Origin: Arenicellales bacterium | GTDB taxonomy: Bacteria > Pseudomonadota > Gammaproteobacteria > Arenicellales > Poriferihabitantaceae | Length of the DNA: 64,000 bases | NCBI GenBank assembly: GCA_965200715.1 | Contig: OZ241374.1 | Location: 2,725,031-2,789,030, forward strand | Direction: 5' to 3' | Shown: positions 47,896-57,332 of the stretch, one piece after another | How positions within the stretch are numbered: the first letter of the stretch is position 1 | Layout of the letters: each line of letters opens with the position of its first letter | Translations under genes and position numbers: made by a program | The notes under the pieces: model-generated | Databases searched by the model: none | What the model saw: only the letters and a program-made list of their open reading frames with translations | What the model was told of the DNA's origin: nothing

Positions 47896-48044
47896 TATTT
47901 TAGGATTACACTTGAATCTGACCAGAAAATTGTCGCAAAAATCATCTCGCTTAGTGTACCTGTTTTCCGGTATGGATTTCGGTCAGAATACCAGAACTAC
48001 TATATTTCTTCGTAAATATTCATTCAATCCTCTATTACCAAGGA

Positions 48045-48470
48045 TCATGGGTTCATGAGTATTGTTCTCAAGTTCGATTGTAGAGGATAAAGCCAGATTT
48101 GTTTGATCGGTAAGGTGGGCTTATTTGAGGTTGAGCATTTGTCGCGTCCGCGTGTTTCACCGACGTGTATCCAGTTTGCGGCGTGATAACAAGTTCCGGA
48201 AAAGCGATGATCGACAAAGGTTTCGAGCAGTACGGGCCGGATTCGATAGCGGTTGCACCAATGATCGGGCAACTCCCGAGCGATTCTCGCGAGCAGGTGG
48301 GAGGCGAGATTTGGGCAATGGTTCCAGGGCAGGATCAAATATCGGGCATGATTGAAGAACAAGTGCAGATTGGCTTCCCACTGCTGGGGATTCCAGCCAA
48401 TGTATTAACGCGGGGTGTGGTCTTCCAGGCGGCGGCACCGAACCCGAGAGCGACCACGATTTGCTCATCT
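48045..48470 (-). pseudogene. DUF4338-domain gene, 5'-truncated and frameshifted
   Basis: QIVVALGFGAAAWKTTPR (one frame) is followed by YIGWNPQQWEANLHLFFNHARYLILPW...NRYRIRPVLLETFVDHRFSGTCYHAANWIHVGETRGR (another frame). The frame change is near 48410. Confidence 0.55.
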
Positions 48471-48881
48471 GATGCTTCAGAAATTCCTCAACCAATGGTT
48501 GAAACAGGTCTGGAAAACGTTTCAAGACATCACAGACCGTACTCGGCGAGATTGGCATACCCTGATGCTTCATCTCGGTCAACAGATTGTTGGTCAAACG
48601 ACCATACACATACTTCTGCAATACTATTTCGGTCCAAACCGATACCCTTGTCGACCCTAGGGAATCACCCGATCAGCTGGCGCGTCAGTCATGATCGATG
48701 GGGATTCTGCGCACTGATAACTCCGAGCATACTTGGTTCGACGAACCCAACGCACAACCAGCTTCACTACATATTCAAGTACCTCACAATCGTCCGTTCC
48801 TGAAATGGCCTCATAAGACATACCACAAGACTGACAAATCCGATCTTGTGGAACTTCCAGCACCTGTTCATAACGTGGCAC
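48471..48881 (-). pseudogene. IS66-family transposase, N-terminal fragment with frameshift
   Basis: zf-IS66-like CQSCGMSYEAISGTDDCEVLEYVV...KYARSYQC, then (after a frame change at about 48657) VLQKYVYGRLTNNLLTEMKHQGMPISPSTVCDVL...LFQPLVEEF. The DDE catalytic domain is absent. Confidence 0.6.
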
Positions 48882-48947
48882 TTCTAAATGATCCTCAAAA
48901 CCACTGCTTCTAGCTAACAGAAGGATTGCCGAATATTTACATTTCTT

Positions 48948-49568
48948 CTAACCAATCCGAGACAGTTTGAGGAGTTTTTTCAGGTCCTTCAACAATAACT
49001 TGGGGGGCAAATCATTTGGTATAGCCATCATGACATTTCCAAGTGGGTCGATTAATAAAGCATATTTTATGCTGGGATCCAGTGTCTGGTAAATTGAATC
49101 TAACTGATCTTCTATCCCACTTTCTGCATCCATAATCAATATCGCATCCGGATGTTCTGACCGAAACCACTCTACCGTTTCTAAATCCTCAATCACGATT
49201 AGTCTGGTAATTCGATGTACATCTCTCCCCACAGCAAGGCGTACTTGCCGAGTATTATAGAGAAACATTTCACAGTTCATATTGCAATCTTCATCGACAA
49301 TATGCACGATTGTCCATTTTCGTTTTAAATCTGCTAAGGTAAACGATGCACCTCCATGTTTTGGATTCGCAAATTCTTGAAGCGAGATCGGGGGATGAAC
49401 TAGGGGGGAGTTATTGATCTGATCTGGAACTAGTTTTGCATTCAATCCGTAATACCAGAGAAATGCACCAAGCAGTGGTCCAAGAAATAGCATAATCAAG
49501 ATTGCCGCTTTGGTTCTTGACAGGCCTCTGTTTGCTGAATTTAACGATTCTTTTTTGACTTTATCCAT
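48948..49568 (-). CDS. Membrane-anchored thioredoxin/SCO-like protein associated with cytochrome oxidase biogenesis
   Basis: One TM helix (AAILIMLFLGPLLGAFLW), then a domain with CNMNC (CxxxC) in a SCO-like context. It lies immediately downstream of SURF1. An alternative start at 49607 would overlap SURF1. Confidence 0.4.
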   Translation of the reverse strand: MDKVKKESLNSANRGLSRTKAAILIMLFLGPLLGAFLWYYGLNAKLVPDQINNSPLVHPPISLQEFANPKHGGASFTLADLKRKWTIVHIVDEDCNMNCEMFLYNTRQVRLAVGRDVHRITRLIVIEDLETVEWFRSEHPDAILIMDAESGIEDQLDSIYQTLDPSIKYALLIDPLGNVMMAIPNDLPPKLLLKDLKKLLKLSRIG

Positions 49569-49572
49569 TACG

Positions 49573-50283
49573 TTATTTTTGTATTCGGAATTTCCAGATC
49601 CACCCAAAGATTAACAAAACCAGCGCAAGTCCCCACCATTGCACAGCATAGCCATAATGTCGAACGGGACTCATCACATAAGGTTGCCATATTTTTTCAA
49701 AAGCATAATCATTCGTTGAGTCTAGCACCACAACTGCTGGAGCAAGGGAGATTTCTAACTCATAAGAAAGACTTGGAATATCGAGATACGCTATAACTCG
49801 AGGCCATTGGTCTCTCGCCAATATGGTATCAACCAATTTCAAACCAGTTTTTGGTAAATATAACTGTCCGATAATTTGCATATCTTTGATGATCACATCA
49901 TCCTCAAGATGATTAGCTTGCTCTCTAGATATCCAGCCCCTGTTCAGCAAAACAATTGCACTTTGATCTTGAAGCACAAAAGGAACAATCACTTCATATC
50001 CGACCCGCCCTTGGTATATTCGATTGTCGAGTAGCATCATTCCCTTGCTATCTGGTTTACCCATCAATCTAACCTCTCTATAATTTAAATCATTCCAGTT
50101 CTTCGGTGCAGTCTGTAAATCCATCGTTCTATCCTTCGACATCTCTATTTTCTTTTCCAATTCAGCTTTATACATTCCCCTAGTCAATTGCCATGTTCCA
50201 AGTGATACTAGTATCAAAACTGCGATAATATAAATGCCTATAACGCACAACTGTATTGATCTCTTTTCGGATCTCGGATTCAT
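49573..50283 (-). CDS. SURF1 family cytochrome oxidase assembly protein
   Basis: N- and C-terminal TM helices, plus GTWQLTRGMYKAEL, VLLNRGWI and RHYGYAVQWWGLA signatures. Confidence 0.8.
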   Translation of the reverse strand: MNPRSEKRSIQLCVIGIYIIAVLILVSLGTWQLTRGMYKAELEKKIEMSKDRTMDLQTAPKNWNDLNYREVRLMGKPDSKGMMLLDNRIYQGRVGYEVIVPFVLQDQSAIVLLNRGWISREQANHLEDDVIIKDMQIIGQLYLPKTGLKLVDTILARDQWPRVIAYLDIPSLSYELEISLAPAVVVLDSTNDYAFEKIWQPYVMSPVRHYGYAVQWWGLALVLLIFGWIWKFRIQK

Positions 50284-50315
50284 ATATTGATAACGATTAC
50301 TCAGAGGAAACCCTG

Positions 50316-50525
50316 ATGCTGTTCAAGATTGTTGTTATATCCTTATTAGTCTTTGTGATCATCAGCCTGTTCACTGGATTTTATTTTCTAATGCGGGATC
50401 CTTCCAGTTCTCAGCGTGTTACGAAAGCATTGTTTCTGCGCGTTGGTTTATCGCTTTTCATTATGCTGTTTCTTGCGATTGGCATCCATTTTGGCTGGGT
50501 TTTACCGCATGGCTTTGGACAATAA
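50316..50525 (+). CDS. Twin-transmembrane-helix small protein (DUF2909)
   Basis: MLFKIVVISLLVFVIISLFTGFYFLMRD...RVGLSLFIMLFLAIGI. This is the typical cox-cluster companion, divergent from SURF1. Confidence 0.65.
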   Translation: MLFKIVVISLLVFVIISLFTGFYFLMRDPSSSQRVTKALFLRVGLSLFIMLFLAIGIHFGWVLPHGFGQ

Positions 50526-50918
50526 ACCCCACAAGCAAATGAATCCTAGTTTACTCAACTGCACATTCAAATCTGCATTGAGAAAAGAACGATAAGAACC
50601 GATCTATTTCGTCAAAGGTTGTGAATATCGATATATTTGCACCGTTTACCCGATTTGGAATCTAAGACAAGGAAAGCCTCCGACACATACCTTTACCCCG
50701 AACACCTTCTTCGACCTTAATTCCCCTTAATTCTTGTCGTTTTGTTAAGCACAGTGACCACTCTGGACATTACTTAGTTTCTCAACAGAAAATTTGGTTA
50801 CTCCTTACCAATTAACAACATGCAACAAACCGTTCCCATTTCGATCATGCATTCCAAGTAATGGTGAAAAATCTGACACTTGAATAAAAACTTTGACCGG
50901 TTAAAGATAAAAACCAGT

Positions 50919-51710
50919 TCACCAAATTTCTTGAGAGTTATTGTAATTCTCCAGTAGTGTATAGGGTACTGCGAAAACCCTTCTGCTTTCACATTCGACC
51001 TTGGCGCGCTTGGGATTCATCCGAACGATTCGGCCCACAAATTGTTCGTGTTTACAACGAAAAGACACGATATCGCCTGTTCTAAATCGACCTTTAGCAT
51101 CCAAAAGGGACTTCATCGCCTTTTCAGGCTTATCCACCTCATATGCCCGAGCCTCGGGAGTTGCACCAATGCGACATGCGATATCCTTCCATTTGGGACC
51201 ATGCCCTACTCCGGGACCCGCCAATGCATGTGCAACTTCATGCAGGATAGTGTCTTCTACCTGCAATGGTCTATGGTTAACCGCATGATATCTGCTAATA
51301 AAGATGGATTGATCCTTGTATACGCATTTTCCAAGAAGACGTTTCGCATGATTGAAATACAAAGACCATGATCTCAGTCCATGAAAATCCATTAATTGCC
51401 GCGCACGTATTGCTGCATCTAACAATCGTTTGGCACGTGACTCCCGCTTATGAAACAAAGATTGATCAATATGGTCAAGGAATACATAAGGCACGGTCCA
51501 AATTTGACCATTCTCCGCGAACACACTGCATGTTTTCGAATTCAGCTTATCGATAGTACCAGAAAGTATTTCACCTTCACTTTTGTCAAAGCAAACCAAA
51601 TCACCAACCTCATAGAAGATTTGGATATCAGATGATTTTAGTATCTGCTCTTTTATAATTCGCTCATTTGAAAATAGCAAATCTACAATATACTTATTTG
51701 GCTTTTTCAT
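50919..51710 (-). CDS. SprT-like zinc metalloprotease domain protein flanked by two SH3/KOW-like modules
   Basis: The central TILHEVAHALAGPGVGHGPKWKDIACRIGA is the SprT HExxH motif. The N-terminal VGDLVCFDKSEGEILSGTIDKLNSKTCSV...WTVPYVFL and the C-terminal TGDIVSFRCKHEQFVGRIVRMNPKRAKV...FAVPYTLL are clear internal repeats. Confidence 0.7.
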   Translation of the reverse strand: MKKPNKYIVDLLFSNERIIKEQILKSSDIQIFYEVGDLVCFDKSEGEILSGTIDKLNSKTCSVFAENGQIWTVPYVFLDHIDQSLFHKRESRAKRLLDAAIRARQLMDFHGLRSWSLYFNHAKRLLGKCVYKDQSIFISRYHAVNHRPLQVEDTILHEVAHALAGPGVGHGPKWKDIACRIGATPEARAYEVDKPEKAMKSLLDAKGRFRTGDIVSFRCKHEQFVGRIVRMNPKRAKVECESRRVFAVPYTLLENYNNSQEIW

Positions 51711-51822
51711 GAAGATGCCAAATCCATTTAGGCGAATATTGTGACCAAGATGAGTTAATTTCGAATAGTGTGTTAGTAATTGGCTGTTTCGTGGCCTATT
51801 CAGTTTAGGCCATCAATTGATA

Positions 51823-52704
51823 CTACAGGATATATACGAAGATAAACAGTCCCAGCCAAACAACATCAACAAAGTGCCAGTACCAAGCTGCTGCTTCAAA
51901 TGCAAAATGTCGCTGCCCCGAGAAATGGCCGAGCATTGCCCGGACCAGCATTACCAGCAGAATAATTGCCCCCAGAGTTACATGCAAACCGTGAAAACCT
52001 GTCAACATGAAAAAAGTCGAACCATAGATTCCGCTGGACAATTTCATGCCTTGATCGTAGGCATACACATATTCCCACCCTTGCAGTCCTACAAATATAA
52101 ACCCCAGTAGAACTGTCAGAAACAACCCATAGATAAACTGTTTTCGATTGTCAATCTTGATTGCATGATGTGCCCAAGTCACCGTTAATCCAGAAGTTAA
52201 CAGGATAACAGTGTTGATAAACGGCAATGGCCACCACCCCATGTGATAGTCGCTTCCACCCAAATCATCAGGTCCGTTAGTGGGCCAGATCTCGGAATAT
52301 CCGGGCCATAGTAAATTATGTGTAGGCAAACCATCTCCTAAACCAAGTAGCCACGGCACCGAAAACTCACGGGCATAATAGAGTGCTCCAAAGAACGCGG
52401 CAAAAAACATCACCTCGGAGAATATAAACCAGCACATACCCATCCGGAATGACATATCTTCCCACTTTCGATAAGTGCCGGCCTCGCTCTCATTAACGAC
52501 TTGACCAAACCAACCGAACAACATGATAACAAACAGGATAAAACCCACTACCATCAGGGTTGGACCCAATAGGCTTCCATTAAGGTATGAAGCAAAACCA
52601 CAAAACAAAATAGTCAGTGAGATAGAGCCGACTATCGGCCACTTCGCGGCCTCTGGAACGAAGTATTTATCCTGGATAGCTTGTGACATAATGAATATAT
52701 TCAA
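51823..52704 (-). CDS. coxC: Cytochrome c oxidase subunit III
   Basis: WPLPFINTVILLTSG, YGSTFFMLTGFHGLHV and WYWHFVDVVWL motifs. Confidence 0.9.
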   Translation of the reverse strand: MNIFIMSQAIQDKYFVPEAAKWPIVGSISLTILFCGFASYLNGSLLGPTLMVVGFILFVIMLFGWFGQVVNESEAGTYRKWEDMSFRMGMCWFIFSEVMFFAAFFGALYYAREFSVPWLLGLGDGLPTHNLLWPGYSEIWPTNGPDDLGGSDYHMGWWPLPFINTVILLTSGLTVTWAHHAIKIDNRKQFIYGLFLTVLLGFIFVGLQGWEYVYAYDQGMKLSSGIYGSTFFMLTGFHGLHVTLGAIILLVMLVRAMLGHFSGQRHFAFEAAAWYWHFVDVVWLGLFIFVYIL

Positions 52705-52709
52705 ATGAT

Positions 52710-53231
52710 TCAGTTAATTCTGCTATTTACATCAAAGAAAGTGTATGAAAGCGTTAATGTATTAATGTCATCTGGCAACTCAGGGTCTACCACAAAGACC
52801 AGTGGCATTTGCCGGGATTCATGTGGCTCAAATGACTGTTGAACAAAGCAGAAACATTCAGTTTTGTTGAAATAAGTTGCAGCCTTTGCAGGGGCTACAC
52901 TGGGTACAGCCTGACCAACCATATTCTGATCAAGTCGGTTGGTTGCGGTATAAGTTGTGGTATACGACTTACCTGGGGTAATTTTCATGCTCTTCACATC
53001 AGGATAAAAATCCCATTGTGCATTCTGGTTCAGGGCGCTGATAAACTCAACCCGTACTCGGCGATCTTGGTCTTCCTCAAGGGCATTTACTTCCGCCTGA
53101 CTAATACTCCCAGTCTTACCATTCAAACCCGTAATATCACAAAAGATGTCGTAAATTGGTACCATAAGATAACCAAACCCAAACATGGCAACCGGAATGA
53201 CCAGAAGATGAATCTGCTTAAAACGTCGCAT
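52710..53231 (-). CDS. ctaG: Cytochrome c oxidase assembly protein Cox11/CtaG
   Basis: YDIFCDITGLNGKT and FNKTECFCFVQQ are the Cox11 copper-binding motifs. Confidence 0.85.
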   Translation of the reverse strand: MRRFKQIHLLVIPVAMFGFGYLMVPIYDIFCDITGLNGKTGSISQAEVNALEEDQDRRVRVEFISALNQNAQWDFYPDVKSMKITPGKSYTTTYTATNRLDQNMVGQAVPSVAPAKAATYFNKTECFCFVQQSFEPHESRQMPLVFVVDPELPDDINTLTLSYTFFDVNSRIN

Positions 53232-53237
53232 CTTCTT

Positions 53238-53336
53238 TTACATCGAATTGGTAACGGCCATCAATATAAAGCCAGCATAAAATATCACGACAACCAAGAC
53301 CAGAATAAACACCGTCCGTTTGATCTCCCTTTTCAT
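53238..53336 (-). CDS. Candidate 32-aa single-TM micro-protein between coxA and cox11
   Basis: MKREIKRTVFILVLVVVIFYAGFILMAVTNSM. It starts 28 nt after the coxA stop and ends 6 nt before the cox11 start. It is below the ORF-track length cutoff. Confidence 0.3.
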   Translation of the reverse strand: MKREIKRTVFILVLVVVIFYAGFILMAVTNSM

Positions 53337-53364
53337 GAACGATCACGAGATCACTCGAAAACCG

Positions 53365-54951
53365 TTATTTGACGACGGGTTGGGGTGAAAAGGTATGGTA
53401 GGGTGCAGGAGAAGCAATACTCCATTCCAGACCATGCGCACCATCCCATACCTGATTTGTCGCTTTTTCTCCACCTCGGATGCATTTGATAACGACTATC
53501 AACAATAGGATTTGTGCAAACCCAAAACCAAACGCACCAATCGTTGCAATCTGATTAAAGTCTGTAAATTGAACCGCATAATCGGGAATTCGGCGAGGCA
53601 TACCGGCCAAGCCGACGAAATGCATCGGGAAAAACAGGATATTGACAAAAATGGTCGAGAGCCAGAAGTGGGCTTTACCGAGTTTTTCATCATACATATT
53701 CCCAGTCCACTTCGGTAACCAGTAATAAACGGCGGCAACAATCGCAAATATAGCGCCCGGAACAAGTACATAGTGGAAGTGAGCGACCACAAAATACGTA
53801 TCATGGTACTGAAAGTCGATCGGTGTCATCGCCAGCATCAAACCCGAGAATCCACCGATTGTAAACATAATCACAAACCCAATTGCAAACAACATCGGTG
53901 TCTCAAAGGTCATGGCTCCACGCCACATGGTTGAGATCCAATTGAACACCTTGACACCTGTCGGAACGGCAATCAACATGGTGGTAAACATGAAAAATAG
54001 CTCACCAACTAAGGGCATACCCACCGTGAACATGTGATGAGCCCACACAATGAAGGATAAAAATGCGATAGAACCTGTGGCATAAACCATTGAGGTATAA
54101 CCAAATAACTTTTTCCGCGAGAAAGTTGGAATAATTTCTGAAACGATTCCGAATGCTGGCAGAATTAGAATATAGACTTCAGGGTGTCCGAAGAACCAGA
54201 ATATATGCTGAAACATTACTGGATCACCACCGCCGGCTGCATTAAAGAAACTGGTCCCGAAAAACTTATCAGTTAACAACATGGTAACAGCACCCGCGAG
54301 AACCGGCATCACGGCAATCAGAAGATAGGCCGTGATAAACCAGGTCCAAACGAATAGCGGCATCTTCATGTATGTCATGCCCGGTGCTCGCATATTCATG
54401 ATGGTTGCCACAATGTTGATGGCACCCATGATCGAAGAAACACCCAGAATGTGAATTGAGAAAATAAGATAAGGCAATGCATCACCGGTCTGCAATACGA
54501 GAGGGGGATAGATTGTCCATCCTGAGGCGGGCCCACCGCCCTCCATGAAAAGGGTGGAGAGCATCATCGAGAAGCCAAATGGTAAAATCCAAAAGCTCCA
54601 GTTATTCATTCTTGGAAGTGCCATATCTGGTGCACCGACCATCATTGGTAGCATCCAGTTTGCCAGACCAACAAAGGCTGGCATGACTACGCCAAAGATC
54701 ATAACCAATGCATGCATGGTAGTCATCTGATTGAAGAAATGTGGATCAACAATCTGCAAGCCAGGTTGGAAGAGTTCAGAACGGATAATCAGCGCCATAA
54801 AGCCACCGATAAAGAACATAATCAACGAAAACCATAGATACAGGGTACCAATATCCTTGTGGTTGGTCGTGGTTATCCAACGCATCAAGCCCGGAGGGGG
54901 GCCATGATCGTGATGGTCATCGTGGCTATGATCAACTGAGTATGCGTTCAT
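53365..54951 (-). CDS. coxA: Cytochrome c oxidase subunit I
   Basis: WFFGHPEVYILILPAFG, HHMFTVGM and VAHFHYVL are the heme-copper oxidase motifs. Confidence 0.95.
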   Translation of the reverse strand: MNAYSVDHSHDDHHDHGPPPGLMRWITTTNHKDIGTLYLWFSLIMFFIGGFMALIIRSELFQPGLQIVDPHFFNQMTTMHALVMIFGVVMPAFVGLANWMLPMMVGAPDMALPRMNNWSFWILPFGFSMMLSTLFMEGGGPASGWTIYPPLVLQTGDALPYLIFSIHILGVSSIMGAINIVATIMNMRAPGMTYMKMPLFVWTWFITAYLLIAVMPVLAGAVTMLLTDKFFGTSFFNAAGGGDPVMFQHIFWFFGHPEVYILILPAFGIVSEIIPTFSRKKLFGYTSMVYATGSIAFLSFIVWAHHMFTVGMPLVGELFFMFTTMLIAVPTGVKVFNWISTMWRGAMTFETPMLFAIGFVIMFTIGGFSGLMLAMTPIDFQYHDTYFVVAHFHYVLVPGAIFAIVAAVYYWLPKWTGNMYDEKLGKAHFWLSTIFVNILFFPMHFVGLAGMPRRIPDYAVQFTDFNQIATIGAFGFGFAQILLLIVVIKCIRGGEKATNQVWDGAHGLEWSIASPAPYHTFSPQPVVK

Positions 54952-55031
54952 GATTAATCCTATTTCTTCTCAATATAGTATTTGTTGGTTCTGTGATATC
55001 AAAACATGTACATCAAATTCGAAGCAGTTTG

Positions 55032-56174
55032 CTATTGCACTCGCATATCTTTAATTGTGGTCGGCTGAACAACATCACCAGTGTCGTTACCCCAGGCATT
55101 GCGCTCGTAGGTGACGACTGCCGCAATATCTGCATCATTCAGGGTCGTGGAGAAGGCCTGCATGGATGTACCTTCGACTCCGTTCAAAATGACATTGATA
55201 TGTCCTTCAACATCATTCATCACTAAATCGGTTCCGACCAAACCAGGAAAGACACCCGGTATCCCTTGACCATTCATTTGATGACAGGCTACGCAGTAGG
55301 TTCCATAGACTCCTTCACCACGCTCCATCAACTCATCCATCGCCCATTCTCGATCTGCAGATTGGGCCTCTGCTTCAGCCGAGGCCAATTGTGCTTGAAT
55401 CCAATCTTGGTATTCGGCCTCGGATGTAGCATGAACTACGATTGGCATAAAACCATGGTCACGTCCGCACAGTTCTGCACACTGTCCACGGTAGATTCCC
55501 TCCTCATCAATCTGCGTCCACATATCGTTGATAAATCCGGGAATGGCATCTTTTTTGATCGCGAATGCTGGCACCCACCATGCATGAAGGACATCACTTG
55601 CGGTCAAAACGAAACGGATTTTCTTATCCACTGGAAGTACTAGTGGGTTGTCAACTTCGAGGAGATAGTTATCGACAGAATTTGGATCAATGCCGGATTT
55701 CAAAGCAGCCGCCTGACGGCTGTCCGGATCAAGAGAGCTGATAATTCGAACCCCAGAATCCAGATATTCGTATTCCCATTTCCATTGATGGCCAGTAATT
55801 TTTACGGTGACATCGGAATCTGAGGTATCTTCCATGCGCACTAGAGTTTGGGCAGCTGGCACAGCCATGGTGACTAGAATACCAAATGGGATGACGGTCC
55901 AGATTACTTCTGCTAAAGTGCTGTGTGAGAACTTGGCCGGTTCAACGCCTTTGGATTTGCGATGCTTGATCATGCTGTAGGTCATAGCGCCAAACACCAC
56001 TACACCAATCCATACACATATCCACAGCACAAACATGTGCATATCGTAGACTTCGCGACTGATGTCTGTTACACCTTGGGTCAGATTGAGTTCCCAATCT
56101 GCCCAAGTGGAGTTACTCATGACGAAAGCCAACAGTCCGATCAGTCCGAGCTTTGTATTATGCAAAGTATTCAT
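55032..56174 (-). CDS. coxB: Cytochrome c oxidase subunit II with C-terminal cytochrome c domain
   Basis: CuA site DVLHAWWVP...GQCAELCGRDHGFM, and a C-terminal CVACHQ heme c motif. Confidence 0.9.
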   Translation of the reverse strand: MNTLHNTKLGLIGLLAFVMSNSTWADWELNLTQGVTDISREVYDMHMFVLWICVWIGVVVFGAMTYSMIKHRKSKGVEPAKFSHSTLAEVIWTVIPFGILVTMAVPAAQTLVRMEDTSDSDVTVKITGHQWKWEYEYLDSGVRIISSLDPDSRQAAALKSGIDPNSVDNYLLEVDNPLVLPVDKKIRFVLTASDVLHAWWVPAFAIKKDAIPGFINDMWTQIDEEGIYRGQCAELCGRDHGFMPIVVHATSEAEYQDWIQAQLASAEAEAQSADREWAMDELMERGEGVYGTYCVACHQMNGQGIPGVFPGLVGTDLVMNDVEGHINVILNGVEGTSMQAFSTTLNDADIAAVVTYERNAWGNDTGDVVQPTTIKDMRVQ

Positions 56175-56407
56175 GCGTTATTTTCGAATTCCGAAATCAA
56201 TAATTGGAACATACTCTAACAAAAGACCCAATGGTACGAGTGACCAGCTGAGTGTTTTGCATCCGAGTCTGCAAAATAGCCATACACATTCAGTGTTAAT
56301 CCACCGTAACAGCAAATTCTATGGGTAGGAATAATAGCCAATTCCTTTATCTGATACAAGTTAGTTAGAACGAAGATCGATTTTAATTTTCTAAAGATTT
56401 CTGGCAA

Positions 56408-57319
56408 TCACGATTCAAGAAAAAAAGCCCGAATAAAGATCCGCGCATAGTGGTCCAAGAGCAAAAACGCGAATAAAGCACTGAGGTAAAAAATCGAATA
56501 ACCAAAAGTCTTCATGGCGTAACCATCACCATCAGTGGTATAAAGTTTCACCGCGTAAAAAACAAAACCCGCTCCTAATGCGATCGCACCAGCTAGATAA
56601 ATCGTGCCGCTCATCATCACCAAAAATGGCATTAGGGTCACTACCACCAACAGCACTGTATAGAGTAATACGTGCAATTTGGTAAATGCGATACCATGGG
56701 TAACTGGAAGCATCGGGACATCTGCGTTGGCATATTCATCTACGCGTTTAATGGCAAGTGCCCAGAAATGCGGCGGAGTCCAGATGAAGATAATCAGAAA
56801 CAGAAGTAGTGCCTCGCTGTGTAATTCTCCGGTTACGGCTACCCAGCCTAAAACCGGTGGTGCTGCTCCTGCTGCACCCCCCAGTACGATATTTTGGGGG
56901 GTCGTGCGCTTTAAAAACATGGAATAGATAATTGCGTACCCGACCATAGAGGCCAGAGTAAGTACTGCGGTAAGAAGATTAACAAACGCAGTTAATATAG
57001 ACATGGAAAGTGTCACCAAAATCAACGCAAAAACTACCGCTTGACTACCGCTAATTTGGCCACGGGGAATCGGGCGCCCGCGAGTCCGTTCCATTCTAGT
57101 GTCAATTTCCTCATCGACCCAGTGATTAAGAGCAGCTCCAGCTGAGGCAGCAAGGCCGATACCAATCAACCCCCAGAACCATGCAGCAAAGGGAATGGGG
57201 CCATTGGTCGACAATGACATACCAACTAGAGCTGTGAACAGGATTAATAGCACAACCTTCGGCTTACACAAATTCAGATATTCGCGCCATGGAAAGAGGG
57301 TTTGTATCGCTGTGGTCAT
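56408..57319 (-). CDS. cyoE: Protoheme IX farnesyltransferase (heme O synthase)
   Basis: NHWVDEEIDTRMERTRGRPIP and the UbiA-family polytopic profile. Confidence 0.9.
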   Translation of the reverse strand: MTTAIQTLFPWREYLNLCKPKVVLLILFTALVGMSLSTNGPIPFAAWFWGLIGIGLAASAGAALNHWVDEEIDTRMERTRGRPIPRGQISGSQAVVFALILVTLSMSILTAFVNLLTAVLTLASMVGYAIIYSMFLKRTTPQNIVLGGAAGAAPPVLGWVAVTGELHSEALLLFLIIFIWTPPHFWALAIKRVDEYANADVPMLPVTHGIAFTKLHVLLYTVLLVVVTLMPFLVMMSGTIYLAGAIALGAGFVFYAVKLYTTDGDGYAMKTFGYSIFYLSALFAFLLLDHYARIFIRAFFLES

Positions 57320-57332
57320 GGTTTACTTTGAC

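Larger units (their letters stand above)
48045..48881 (-). mobile_element. Composite scar of two dead mobile-element genes (IS66-family transposase 5' fragment abutting a 5'-truncated DUF4338 gene)
   Basis: See the two sub-features. The region is visibly more GC-rich than its flanks, and several long shadow ORFs run on both strands. Confidence 0.65.

Noticed and set aside
48165-48803. 212-aa plus-strand ORF, plus 48125-48355, 48415-48660 and 48698-48913.
   Set aside because: These are shadow ORFs produced by GC-rich mobile-element remnants. The minus-strand frames carry the recognisable IS66 and DUF4338 motifs.
55032-56174. CoxB with a fused C-terminal cytochrome c domain, considered as a possible novelty.
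   Set aside because: A CxxCH cytochrome c extension on subunit II is a well-known caa3-type/proteobacterial arrangement.
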